Both the position numbers and the translations under genes were made by a program. Below the pieces are notes generated by a model that saw nothing but the letters and a program-made list of their open reading frames with translations, was not told the origin of the DNA and made no database searches. A DNA stretch of 40,270 nucleotides from Octopus bimaculoides (lineage: Eukaryota). Shown here piece by piece: positions 13,022 to 24,279 of the stretch; the first letter of the stretch is position 1, and each line of letters starts with the position of its first letter. The DNA lies in the NCBI RefSeq assembly GCF_001194135.2, contig NC_068983.1, positions 38,117,858 through 38,158,127 of the forward strand. The letters are read 5' to 3'.

Positions 13022-13348
13022 TCCTTCATCTGCCCTCTTTTGTGGCTTATCTTACCACCTATACATTTCCCCAAGGTGGGCCTTATATATCTGTAGCTGT
13101 TTCTTCTAACCACTCTGACAACAAAGTATATATTTTAGAAACATTATCAGTGACCATCACTCCTTTAAAATACAAATATAGCAGCCAGAGTCTTGATATA
13201 ATTTAACCTTTGGTTTCTATTTTAATAAATGTACCCACCCACCCTTTGTACATCACTTGCATTTACGCACATTTTTGTATGTATTCATATCTATACTTAC
13301 TCAACTTTACAAAATTATATTCACATGCCTGAACATTTACTTATCTGT

Positions 13349-13382
<34 letters not shown>

Positions 13383-14371
13383 CAGATGTGTGAGTGTGTG
13401 CATGTGAATGTGTGTTTTAGGTGTGTTTGAGTTTATATGAAGTTGAGAAATGATTTCATAATGAACCAAGGTGCATATGTACCTTGGCATGAAGCTCTAG
13501 GCTTTTGAGTTACTCCTGTAGTAATCTCTGGTATTGAAAGATTATTTGTGTGATTCCATTCTGTAGAAGAGCAGAAACTCAAGACTTCAAAGAATCTGCC
13601 ATTTTTGCTGAGCATCAAATTAAAATACCTTGGTTGTTGTTCCGTCATCCATTTCTGTCTTTTGTTTTGTATTATTTTTGGTTTTGGATTTTGTACAGTT
13701 TTGAATTGTGTGTGTGTGTGTGCGCATGTGCACGCATTTGTATGCATGTGTGTGTGTGCATATATATTAATATATGTATGTATATATATGTATATCTATA
13801 TACGTGTACATCTCTCTCTCTCTCTTTCACTCTCTTCATCTATCTACCTATCTGCCTGTGTGTGTGTATANNNNNNNNNNNNNNNNNNNNNNNNNNNNNN
13901 NNNNNNNNNNNNNNNNNNNNNNNNNNNNNNNNNNNNNNNNNNNNNNNNNNNNNNNNNNNNNNNNNNNNNNNNNNNNNNNNNNNNNNNNNNNNNNNNNNNN
14001 NNNNNNNNNNNNNNNNNNNNNNNNNNNNNNNNNNNNNNNNNNNNNNNNNNNNNNNNNNNNNNNNNNNNNNNNNNNNNNNNNNNNNNNNNNNNNNNNNNNN
14101 NNNNNNNNNNNNNNNNNNNNNNNNNNNNNNNNNNNNNNNNNNNNNNNNNNNNNNNNNNNNNNNNNNNNNNNNNNNNNNNNNNNNNNNNNNNNNNNNNNNN
14201 NNNNNNNNNNNNNNNNNNNNNNNNNNNNNNNNNNNNNNNNNNNTGATCCATAGGGATCTTTGATATTAAAATTGTAACCTTCTCATCAGGGAAAGCATGG
14301 GAATCATCTTAAACGTAAGACATTATGACCTATGCAATTATAACATGCGTTTTCTCCAATCCTTAAATTCT

Positions 14372-14408
<37 letters not shown>

Positions 14409-15520
14409 TCATCATTGTTTAGCATCAGTTTTTCAGGCAGGCTCAAGGTGGATGGTTTCACAGGAACTAGTAAGACCAGGGGCCACACCAAGCTCTAATT
14501 GTCTGTTCTGGCATGGTTTCTATGGTTGGATGCCCTTCGTAACACCAACCACCTTTACAGAGCATCCTGGATGCTTTTTTTATGAGGAAGCAGCACCCAC
14601 ACCAGCATGTTTTTATATGGCAGCTCTTCTGGCTTGCCAGCTCCTATCCTGGACATTAAATGATGATGATGATGATGATGATCATAGATTGAAAGATAGA
14701 TAGATAGACTGACAGATAGACAGATTGATTGATTTACACATCATACACACTTTCTCTCTCTCTCTCTCTCTCACTCTCTCTTTCTCTCTCTCTCTCTCTC
14801 TCATTGCTATTCCACTTTAGTTATAAGTGCCTCTTTTAGGTCTTGCCAGCTACAGGGTGACCTCACTAGTGCTGGTGTCATGAAATAAAAGCACCATCTG
14901 TAAAGTGGTTGGCATCAGGAAGAGCACCCAGCCATAGAAACCATGCCAAGGCAAACATTGTTGGAGTATAATATAGACCCCTGACTCATCAGATTCTGTT
15001 GAACAATCAAACCTTTACTAGCATGGCACTTGTATGTTAAAAGACGATAAGAATGATGATGATGATAACACTCACATACATACACACACACATATGCACA
15101 TATACATACTATACATATATTGTTTTTACAAACACACAAAAGCATAGACACATACATATATACATACATACATACACACACACATGCACTCACACACACA
15201 TATATATACATACATGCATTCATGATTGTATGTATATATTTATCTATATATAGATGCATATGTTTACATTACAAATACACGCACGTGTATATTTGTGTGT
15301 TATCATTGAAAGAATGTGTGTTTATTTAATTATATACAATCTCATTCATGAAAGTACATGCGCTTGTAGATGTACACACTTAAATACATAGATATGAATA
15401 TATGTGTGAGGGACTCTAGCCACTCACACACACAAACACACACACACACACACACACACATACACACACACAAACACTCATGCATGCACACATACACACA
15501 CACTGTCATACATGCGCACG

Positions 15521-15551
<31 letters not shown>

Positions 15552-16332
15552 TGTCATGCATGCACACACACACACACACACACACACACTAACACTCTCA
15601 TGCATGCACACACACGCACACACACACACAACGTCTGCCATAAAACATCAAGAACACCAAAATATTTAAGGCAGCCTGCTGCTCCTTGCAAAAAGCAAGA
15701 TACAATAGTGCCTATGGGGGGAGGTGAGGGCCTGCGCAAGGCCCACCCAGCTGGATACATCAGAGGTATCAATAGCACGGATGGTGTGAATGCATTCATA
15801 CCTTTTTTTTTTTAAAGTGCATGAATGTTGCTGCTGAGGTATTTACTTTCAAATCTTCCATCAAATGCAAACAGGACCCAAATACATGCAGTGAAACCAC
15901 TGGGTGTGAGGGACCCCTAGCTGTTGTCACAGCATCCTTCTAGGAGTGGGGCAACTTGATGTAAAGCCCACAGTTTCACATGATTGCTGGTCATCTTGTT
16001 CACATGATTGCTAATTATAGAGATTGAGGGTTGTTCTCGTGTTGTACAAGTGTCCATTATCATAATCCAATGAAGTACTGGTTTCTTTTTATGGTGGCCT
16101 CATTTGTGATTCCATTTACTGAAATTCCTACGATGCTGTAAGAATGGGAACATGTACAAACCTAACCAGTTGGAAGCACACCGTAAATTACGACTTTTGT
16201 CTGTCACCTATGCTTCAAACCATGCAGATTTGCAATGAGACTGAATAGTCAGCTGAGAGGTCATGGACAGAAAGTCAGAAATGCACAAGGAAGCACACAG
16301 AGATGGCAATCACCTGTGAAGATGGAACAATC

Positions 16333-16403
<71 letters not shown>

Positions 16404-16589
16404 ACATGTGTGTTTTGTATTACAATGGCCTCTGCTCCTCTGAACTGGTTAACTCTTAATATCTCCACCAAAGCTCACTTGATACTACTTCTCTTCTCGC
16501 CCTTACTCTGTCACCTCTCCCAGATTCCAGTCCTTTTTCCTCAGAGCTACAACCCACTAGTATTTCCTCCTCCTCTTCATCTATATTCT

Positions 16590-17060
16590 GTATCTGCAGA
16601 TATTAACAACCTTTAACATTATTCTCCAATACTGTTATCAAAGATATTCTGCAACACCTTGAATCTTTCACTTTTCTCAGTTACCATTAATATGGCTGTC
16701 ACAGAATCAGATCCACTGGAAACCAACTGTCTTATGGCATTTGCTCATAGGCTCTTGCTTTTGAGAAGTCGAGTGGAAGAAATGTTGTTGCCTTAGATAT
16801 CAGCAAAGCATTCAACGATGTCTGACATGTAAATCTGCTATCAAGACTTCCCACGAATGGGCTGCACCCATCTCTCATTTCTTTGGTTGGTAGCTTCCTC
16901 TAAGACCACACCATTGCTGCATCAATGGAGCTCTTTCTATCCTCTACAATAAATGCCAGTGTGACTCGCACTCTTTTTCCTTCTATATGTCAATGACCCA
17001 TCTAACATCACCCACTCTTTTATGCTGATGACTCATTACTTTGTTTCTTCCTAACCTTCC
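16590..17060 (+). mobile_element. Decayed non-LTR (CR1/Jockey-group) reverse transcriptase fragment
   Basis: Interrupted frames give RSTG, VVALDISKAFNDV*H, LLYVND and FYADDS, with multiple stops and frameshifts. Confidence 0.8.
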
Positions 17061-17319
17061 CCTAACCATGTGCAACTTAGCACAGGGTAAACTTGTATTG
17101 ATTCCATAAATGTAGTCTTTGAGTGCATCCTACTGTGAGGCCATACCAGTCATTTACCAGTAAAAGCTTTTATTTATATGGTGCAGAATGATGTAAAGAA
17201 GTTGATTGTTGATTCTTCTATGGGTCATACAGGAACAAAGGAACAATATTAGCAAGATTGATGAGTGGGTGATGGGGTATTGTAGAGTGAGAAAGAAATA
17301 GGGGTTGAGCAAAAAAAAC

Positions 17320-18010
17320 TGAAGTCCTGTTCATATCAACAAAATGCCATTGTGTTCCTCTGCCAAACATAAGCTGCATTCAACTGGAGCCCTCTCAGTC
17401 ATTTCAAGTACTGAACCTTACTATTTCTGAGGATTTTTCCTGGTAAACACACATCTTTAACATAACCAGAGTAAAACTATAACTTTTCTTTTGGACCAAA
17501 AAATATTTCAACCTTTAACTGTTTCAAGCACTCTACAAAACTCCGGTAAGACCCACAATGGAATATTGATCTTATATTGAGGACAGTGCTGCTGTTACAC
17601 AGACATTTTTGACTATTCATAAAAGGGCCACTTGGCTAACTTGAATTCAGTTATTCTCAGACACACTCCCACCTCTACTCTACACAGACACACAGCTTTC
17701 TCTTCATCTTTTCTATTGTTACTGTAATGGCCTCTGTTCCTCAAAACTGGCTGGTCTTGTACCTCCTTACCACTCACTCTTGTCTCCACCTTTTGTCATC
17801 CTTGTTGTAGCCAATTTGCCAAGCCTTGTTCTCACCACTATGCCAGTCCTTCCTCCCCAGAACACGATCATCTGGAATACCTTCCACCACCTTATGTCTT
17901 TACTGAAAATGTTGACTCACAGCAGTTCAAACAGAACATTAATAGTAATGAGTTCACTGGTCTTGATGGGCCTACAAAGGACAAAGACAATGCCTCTTTC
18001 TTCAGACTTA
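17320..18010 (+). mobile_element. Continuation (C-terminal region) of the same decayed LINE
   Basis: Remnants LYKTPVRPTMEY*SY and a FYCYCNGLCS-like motif. A similar 3' piece lies at about 16410-16560 (YYNGLCSSEL). Confidence 0.65.
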
Positions 18011-19572
18011 GCAGGTGTAAAAAAAAATTAAAGAAATAAAAACAAAAACCTATGGGTGTTTAAACAAAATAAACCTCTTCCATATCCAAGTCTGGGAGGA
18101 CCTCTAAAAGTTAACAGTACTCTCCCTTATTCTCTATTGTATAAAAATACTTATTACAAACATCCTAGATTATGCTGAGTTGGAAAACATCTGCTTGGTG
18201 TATAAATCTTTCTTTATTGAAAATTTTCGGTCCCTCAGCACACCCTCATGTTCTGTCGGCCCTTTTTGCTATTGTTTATTGCTATTATAGCAGACTTCTT
18301 TCAGAACATTCTAGATGTTGCGTCCCCTTTCTATTTGGATAAAAAAGATAAACATGTGCAGTGCTTGCCATACTGATGCTTCATAACCTGTTTTCTTCCA
18401 TTAACTCAAGTAGCAAGTGTAACACACGTGAGAGAATGTTTGCATAGTTAAATGGCTTGCAAGAAAGAGTAGATAAAATCTCCTTGAAGCCACACCCTGA
18501 TATTCAACTCTTTTGTTATCATATTTTTGTTGATCTACACTGCTTTTCCTCATTGTCATCATCATTTAATGTATATTTTCCATTCTGGCATGGGTTGGAT
18601 GGTTTGACAAGAGCTGACAAGCCAGAGAGCTGCACCAAGCTCCAATTGTCTGTTCTGGCATGGTTTCTATGGCTGGATGCCCTTCCTAATGCCAGCCACT
18701 TTACAGAGTGTACTGGGTGCTTTGTACATGGTACCAACATGAGTGCTTTATATGTGGCACCGGCACAGGTGCTTTTTATGTGGCACCATATCTATGGCAA
18801 CATGTCTATGAAGAAACTTTCTTTCAAACAAAAACTGCAGCATCATACCTTGCAGTGGTGTTTATAAACTGGCACTCCATTGGTTATGATGACAGGGGTT
18901 CCAGATAATCCAATCAGTGGAACAGCCTGCTCATGAAATTAACATGCATGTGGCTGAGCACTCCACAGGCATTTATTCCCTTAATATATTCTCAGGGAAA
19001 TTCAGTGTGACACAGAATGTGACAAAGCTGGCCTCTTTCGTATTACAAGTACAACTAATTTTTGCCAGCTGAGTAGACTGCAGCAATGTGAAATAAAGTG
19101 TCTTGCTCAAGGAGACAACATGCTGCTAGGAATTGAACTCAGTACCTTACAATTATGAGCCAAGTATCCTAACCACTAAACCATGCACCTGTAATGGTAT
19201 TTATACATTATGATACACAGATGATTATTTTAATTTAATGCTGTTTCAGTTGTGTACACTGAATTTTTATTCAGCCAGGCAAGTTTTCTGCAGTATCAGT
19301 GAATATATTATACGCTGTTGTCTATAGTCAGTAATCACCTGCCATATCATGGGTCACCTATCGTGCCCTCAGTACATGGCAGATTTTTCTGGTTAATATA
19401 TGTAAATTTATATTGTGGACTCTTCAGCGTATCATGTTTCTGTGGCTGATAGGTATTTATATTTTTTTATATTTTAATTATTTCTCAATAAAATAAGTAC
19501 CTGTGGAACATGGGTTGATGTACTATTTTTTTTTTTTTATTTCACAATGAGAGATATTCAACAACAGTACTT

Positions 19573-19739
19573 TGTAGTAAAGATCGTTTGCCAGCATAAC
19601 ATGGCAGTCCCTTGTTTGAAAATATAAGGATACAGATCGTGTCATGTAGCTAGCTGGAGACAATGTCTCCTGGCGCAAAATTACAGCAACATTCATGCTA
19701 AAACAGGACTGCCTTGTTATGTTGGCAATCTTTACTACA
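19573..19739. repeat. 167-bp hairpin element (about 39-bp imperfect arms with a central palindrome)
   Basis: 19573-19617 pairs with 19701-19739 with 2 mismatches and 2 small bulges; GGAGACA-a-TGTCTCC at 19656-19670. Confidence 0.85.
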
Positions 19740-20140
19740 TGGGTTGATGTAATTAACTTACCCACTCACCCGAAATTGCTGGCATTGTGCTACAATTGGA
19801 AACCATTATGATATTAATAATATTTAGTAATTAAATAATAGATTCAAAATATGCAATAAAAGTAGTTCTATAATTTAGACATTATCAAAACCTCATGCTT
19901 AACATATGTGTGTCGTTTAAATGCCAGAAGCTGCAGTTTTTTGCCTGAGAATCATCCCTTTAAAGATGTATGGTATTAAAAAACACAATATATTTCAGAG
20001 CTAGGTGAAATAAATTTGTTTGAAAAGTAACAACCAGAATAACATATACAGAATTTCTCCATAATTGCAGCTTATCGTTGTCACACATTCATTTCACTTC
20101 AATTTAAAATTAGCAGGGTTTGAATTTGTCTTTCTTTCAG

Positions 20141-20173
20141 AGTTGTTAAAATAAATACCAGTGGTGTATTGAG
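20141..20173 (+). other. Candidate 33-nt 5'UTR exon of the UGCG-like gene
   Basis: Strong acceptor (atttgtctttctttcag) and a plausible donor GAG|GTAAAT. The ATG exon has its own acceptor, so an upstream exon is expected. There is no direct proof that this is that exon. Confidence 0.25.
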
Positions 20174-20286
20174 GTAAATTGGTTGCTATCAGTTGTCTTC
20201 TTTAACAATTTGGTCTTGTGCCTAAGTAAAAATGTCAATAGAATCCAATATTAAGAAAACACCTGTAGGAAAGTGGTTATACACCA

Positions 20287-20687
20287 TTAGGTGTGTACCG
20301 CTTCCGTACATTAAATTTCTAGAAGAAACAACGGAACGCAGATTCTGAACAACACAACAATATTTATTTACAGTGGAATTCGGCTCACGCTTGGATGGAA
20401 TTCGGTAACTCGTCGCCTTCGGTTACTGAGACGCCTTCTAAATGAAGTTCATGGTTATTTGTGAAGCTCTGGTGCTGAGATGTGAGAGAGCTCTGTTGGA
20501 CGTCTTGGCTCGACGGAGATCAGTCAACGAAGAGGCTGAGAAAAGGCGCGAAAGCTTGGGTGTCGAACTCTACACATGCGCATGAGACTCTTCCTGTATT
20601 CCTTCCAGAACTAGTCCCTGCGCATGCGTGAATAAAACTCCGGACATTGAACATATAACAGTCATCTGCTATAAAAGCGTCACTACA
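20287..20687 (-). repeat. 3' LTR of the Gypsy element
   Basis: Starts TGTAGTGAC on the minus strand at 20687, immediately after the PPT. The low-coordinate end is uncertain: 20287 by the TSD, or 20292 if it ends in CA. Confidence 0.85.
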
Positions 20688-20699
20688 TGGCTCCCCCTC
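20688..20699 (-). other. Polypurine tract of the Gypsy element
   Basis: Minus-strand GAGGGGGAGCCA directly precedes the TGTAG start of the 3' LTR. Confidence 0.75.
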
Positions 20700-21001
20700 G
20701 AGTGCCGAAAGCACGAAAATAGAAACTTTGGAGGGACGCCTGAGGCAAGATGGCTACCGAAAAAACACCCACAGGATGTGGCACAAATATATATAACGAA
20801 AATCAAAAAGATATGATGTACAATTGTGAGATACATGCATGCATGTACAAAAGAATTGACAATGACAAACAACCGTGATGACACCTGTCCAGGAAACTGG
20901 AATCACGCGATGTAAAGTCTGATTTTTTCTTTTTGTTTTCCTGAAAGGAAAGAAAATGTTCAATAGGAAAGCACTGAATTTGTCCAATGAAACACAATAA
21001 G

Positions 21002-21715
21002 TTAAACGTAAATAGTCTTTGCCAGTTTCTTTGGCCAATGCACTGTCCTGCCAGATCTAGTGACATAAGGGTCACTTGAGTTTCGTCGCAACGACGAAGG
21101 TGGAGTGATTTCTGGTGTATGCTCTTGTGATAGTGTTGATGTTGGTGTATGGATTGGTAAAGATGTTGACAGTGGTGTGTGTGGTGGTAATGATGTTGAC
21201 AGTGGTGTGTGCAGTGTTTGAAAAATGGGCACGTCGTCCACGGAAGTTGAGGGTTTTTCAAGGTACGCTTTTTTCAGATGGTCGACAGACACAACCTCTG
21301 TATGACCATTAGCGTCGACCTGGAAAAACTTTGGAGTGCGAGAAAGCACACGAAAGGGTCCTTTATAGGGAGAAACAAGGGGTCCTTTGACAGAATCATC
21401 CCGAATGAATACATGAGACCAAGACTCAATGTCTGCTGGCACTTGAGAGGGAGGTGACTGTTGTCTGGGACCCATAGTTGGAAGATTGGAGAAATACTCC
21501 CGCAACCGAGTAACATAAGACTCTGGATGAGGTGGTTGTGACGAGTCTGGTACCACCATCATACCAGGCAATGCCAGTGTGGTACCGTAAAGAAGCTCCG
21601 CCGCGGAGAACCCCAGGTCAGCTTTGACCGCAGTCTGGCATCCAAGGAGGACGACCGGAAGAAATTCAACCCAAGACTGCGGGTTGGGCGAGGCGCGTAA
21701 AGCAGCCTTAAGTTG
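21002..21715 (-). pseudogene. Gypsy integrase C-terminal part (end of core, GPY/F motif, S/T/P-rich tail)
   Basis: One open frame from the gap edge: QLKAALRASPNPQSWVEFLPVVLLGCQTAVKADLGFSAAELLYGTTLALPG...SPYKGPFRVLSR...VSVDHLKKAY...YVTRSGRTVHWPKKL, stop at 21002. Confidence 0.9.
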
Positions 21716-22712
21716 CCNNNNNNNNNNNNNNNNNNNNNNNNNNNNNNNNNNNNNNNNNNNNNNNNNNNNNNNNNNNNNNNNNNNNNNNNNNNNNNNNNNN
21801 NNNNNNNNNNNNNNNNNNNNNNNNNNNNNNNNNNNNNNNNNNNNNNNNNNNNNNNNNNNNNNNNNNNNNNNNNNNNNNNNNNNNNNNNNNNNNNNNNNNN
21901 NNNNNNNNNNNNNNNNNNNNNNNNNNNNNNNNNNNNNNNNNNNNNNNNNNNNNNNNNNNNNNNNNNNNNNNNNNNNNNNNNNNNNNNNNNNNNNNNNNNN
22001 NNNNNNNNNNNNNNNNNNNNNNNNNNNNNNNNNNNNNNNNNNNNNNNNNNNNNNNNNNNNNNNNNNNNNNNNNNNNNNNNNNNNNNNNNNNNNNNNNNNN
22101 NNNNNNNNNNNNNNNNNNNNNNNNNNNNNNNNNNNNNNNNNNNNNNNNNNNNNNNNNNNNNNNNNNNNNNNNNNNNNNNNNNNNNNNNNNNNNNNNNNNN
22201 NNNNNNNNNNNNNNNNNNNNNNNNNNNNNNNNNNNNNNNNNNNNNNNNNNNNNNNNNNNNNNNNNNNNNNNNNNNNNNNNNNNNNNNNNNNNNNNNNNNN
22301 NNNNNNNNNNNNNNNNNNNNNNNNNNNNNNNNNNNNNNNNNNNNNNNNNNNNNNNNNNNNNNNNNNNNNNNNNNNNNNNNNNNNNNNNNNNNNNNNNNNN
22401 NNNNNNNNNNNNNNNNNNNNNNNNNNNNNNNNNNNNNNNNNNNNNNNNNNNNNNNNNNNNNNNNNNNNNNNNNNNNNNNNNNNNNNNNNNNNNNNNNNNN
22501 NNNNNNNNNNNNNNNNNNNNNNNNNNNNNNNNNNNNNNNNNNNNNNNNNNNNNNNNNNNNNNNNNNNNNNNNNNNNNNNNNNNNNNNNNNNNNNNNNNNN
22601 NNNNNNNNNNNNNNNNNNNNNNNNNNNNNNNNNNNNNNNNNNNNNNNNNNNNNNNNNNNNNNNNNNNNNNNNNNNNNNNNNNNNNNNNNNNNNNNNNNNN
22701 NNNNNNNNNNNN

Positions 22713-22836
22713 ATAGCTCGCGATCAAAAGTGCTATATCTGCGCTCGGCAGGCTTTAGTTGGCAAGAAAAGAAAGCCAAAGGGTGTATGTCTCCATCTAC
22801 GGTGTGGTGTAAGACAGCACCAACCGCGGAATCTGA
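22713..22836 (-). pseudogene. Gypsy pol RNase H N-terminal fragment
   Basis: SDSAVGAVLHHTVDGDIHPLAFFSCQLKPAERRYSTFDREL matches the Ty3/Gypsy RNase H pattern DAS..AVGAVL...PLAFFS..L..AERRYSTFDREL. Confidence 0.9.
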
Positions 22837-23169
22837 CAACAATATTTATTTACAGTGGAATTCGGCTCACGCTTGGAGGGAATTCGGTAACTTGTCGCCT
22901 TCGGTTACTGAGACGCCTTCTGAATGAAGTTCGTGGTTATTTGTGAAGCTCTGGTGCTGAGATGTGAGAGAGCTCTGTTGGACGTCTTGGCTCGACGGAG
23001 ATCAGTCAACGAAGAGGCTGAGAAAAGGCGCGAAAGCTTGGGTGTCGAACTCTACACATGCGCATGAGACTCTTCCTGTATTCCTTCCGGAACTAGTCCC
23101 TGCGCATGTGTGGATAAAACTCCGGACATTGAACATATAACAGTCGTCTGCTATAAAAGTGTCACTACA
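22836..23169 (-). repeat. 5' LTR of the Gypsy element, truncated at its 3' (U5) end
   Basis: Aligns without gaps to 20354-20687 with 9 mismatches, then runs directly into RNase H codons. No PBS is visible. Confidence 0.9.
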
Positions 23170-23337
23170 CACCAATTCATGTTCCATTTCCTTGACTAAG
23201 ATATTTAATTCCAAGCTGTCCATTCATCAAACTGATAATAGGAATCATAATGGTTGACACACAAGTGGGAGTACTATACCACTTCCCTATATTGACACTT
23301 GACGTACCCATGCTAGCATGGAAAGCGGACGTTAAAC

Positions 23338-23379
<42 letters not shown>

Positions 23380-24279
23380 AGTGTCCAACTAGCAATAACC
23401 ATGCCTCAGATAACCCTCATTGGCTATGTATGGTATTGCCTCTGTGCTGAGTCCAAATTTTCTTTGATATTGCACAAAATAATAGGAAATCATTTCAGCT
23501 TTTTCTTATATAAGTTAGAATAAAATAAGAAAGTATAGTACCCAAGATCTCTGTAGATCTTTTTTGTTAAGATATCCTGAAATATGTAGGACCACCAAGG
23601 GTTTAATATTTCTGTGATACATTCAGTAGAAAAGCATCTTCTGTATGTGCTAGTGTTTAAGACACACTCTGGCATAAGAAACACTCCTATTTTACTTGTA
23701 GATTAAAAAAAAAAAAAGAAGTAATGTGTTCCCTCATATACTTATTGAAAGATGTTTTAAAGTGGTTTTGTAGGGGGGGGGGGGAATGTATGATTCAGTG
23801 TATTTAAATACAACTCTGTGACAGCATACTGGAATAAAGTATGAAATCATAAACTTATCATAAATAAATGACGGTGTACAAATACGATATTCCAGTTTTA
23901 TCTTCTTTTAGTTGTTCATATTTTGGTCAAGAGATTTGCCATATGAAATGTAAAACACATATTTCAGGCTGTGATGTTTTGTGTTACCACAATCAGCCAC
24001 CAGGGTCACACACCACTTCTATGGTTTTGTTATCATCCACTTCTTGCAAATAGCTGAGAAGCAGATGAAAGTTTAACATTCCTGTCACTGTTCTGGGAGA
24101 ATTTACATTTAGATAATTAAAAGTAGTTCTTAAAGGTAATGCAGTCATTAATTAATGTAAGACACATATCTGGCAAAGGAGGGTATAATGAGATGATGTG
24201 ACCTCTTGACATAACTGCTGATATTTGTGATAATTTAACTTACTTTCAATATTTTACCCAGTAACTAAAGTAAGATTGT

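Larger units (their letters stand above)
20287..23169 (-). mobile_element. Ty3/Gypsy LTR retrotransposon, internally deleted (5'LTR fused to RNase H; integrase; PPT; 3'LTR)
   Basis: Two 334-bp LTR segments differing by 9 substitutions, RNase H and GPY/F-type integrase sequence on the minus strand, and a PPT next to the left LTR. Candidate 5-bp TSD CACCA at 20282-20286 and 23170-23174. Confidence 0.95.

Noticed and set aside
3835-16460. Long low-complexity ORFs (poly-T/P/V/H, SL, HT and CV repeats) in the ORF track
   Set aside because: They are translations of microsatellites and trinucleotide repeats, open only because those repeats lack stop codons.
19586-19730. Cluster of RFX X-box-like motifs (ttgccagcataac, gttatgttggcaat, ggagac/gtctcc) as a ciliary-gene promoter
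   Set aside because: The motifs are the two arms and the central palindrome of the 19573-19739 hairpin element, and each fits the X-box consensus poorly.
19355-19788. Minus-strand candidate exons (MPAISG/MPAISGEW near 19761-19788; PQKHDTLKSPQYKFTYINQK near 19355-19443)
   Set aside because: The second exon has a weak acceptor, the phases do not connect to the 13056-13114 candidate, and no homology was recognised.
23152-23159. TATAAAAG on the plus strand at the LTR end as an antisense LTR promoter for the UGCG-like gene
   Set aside because: It is a single short motif in AT-rich DNA, and no convincing downstream donor was found to make a first exon.
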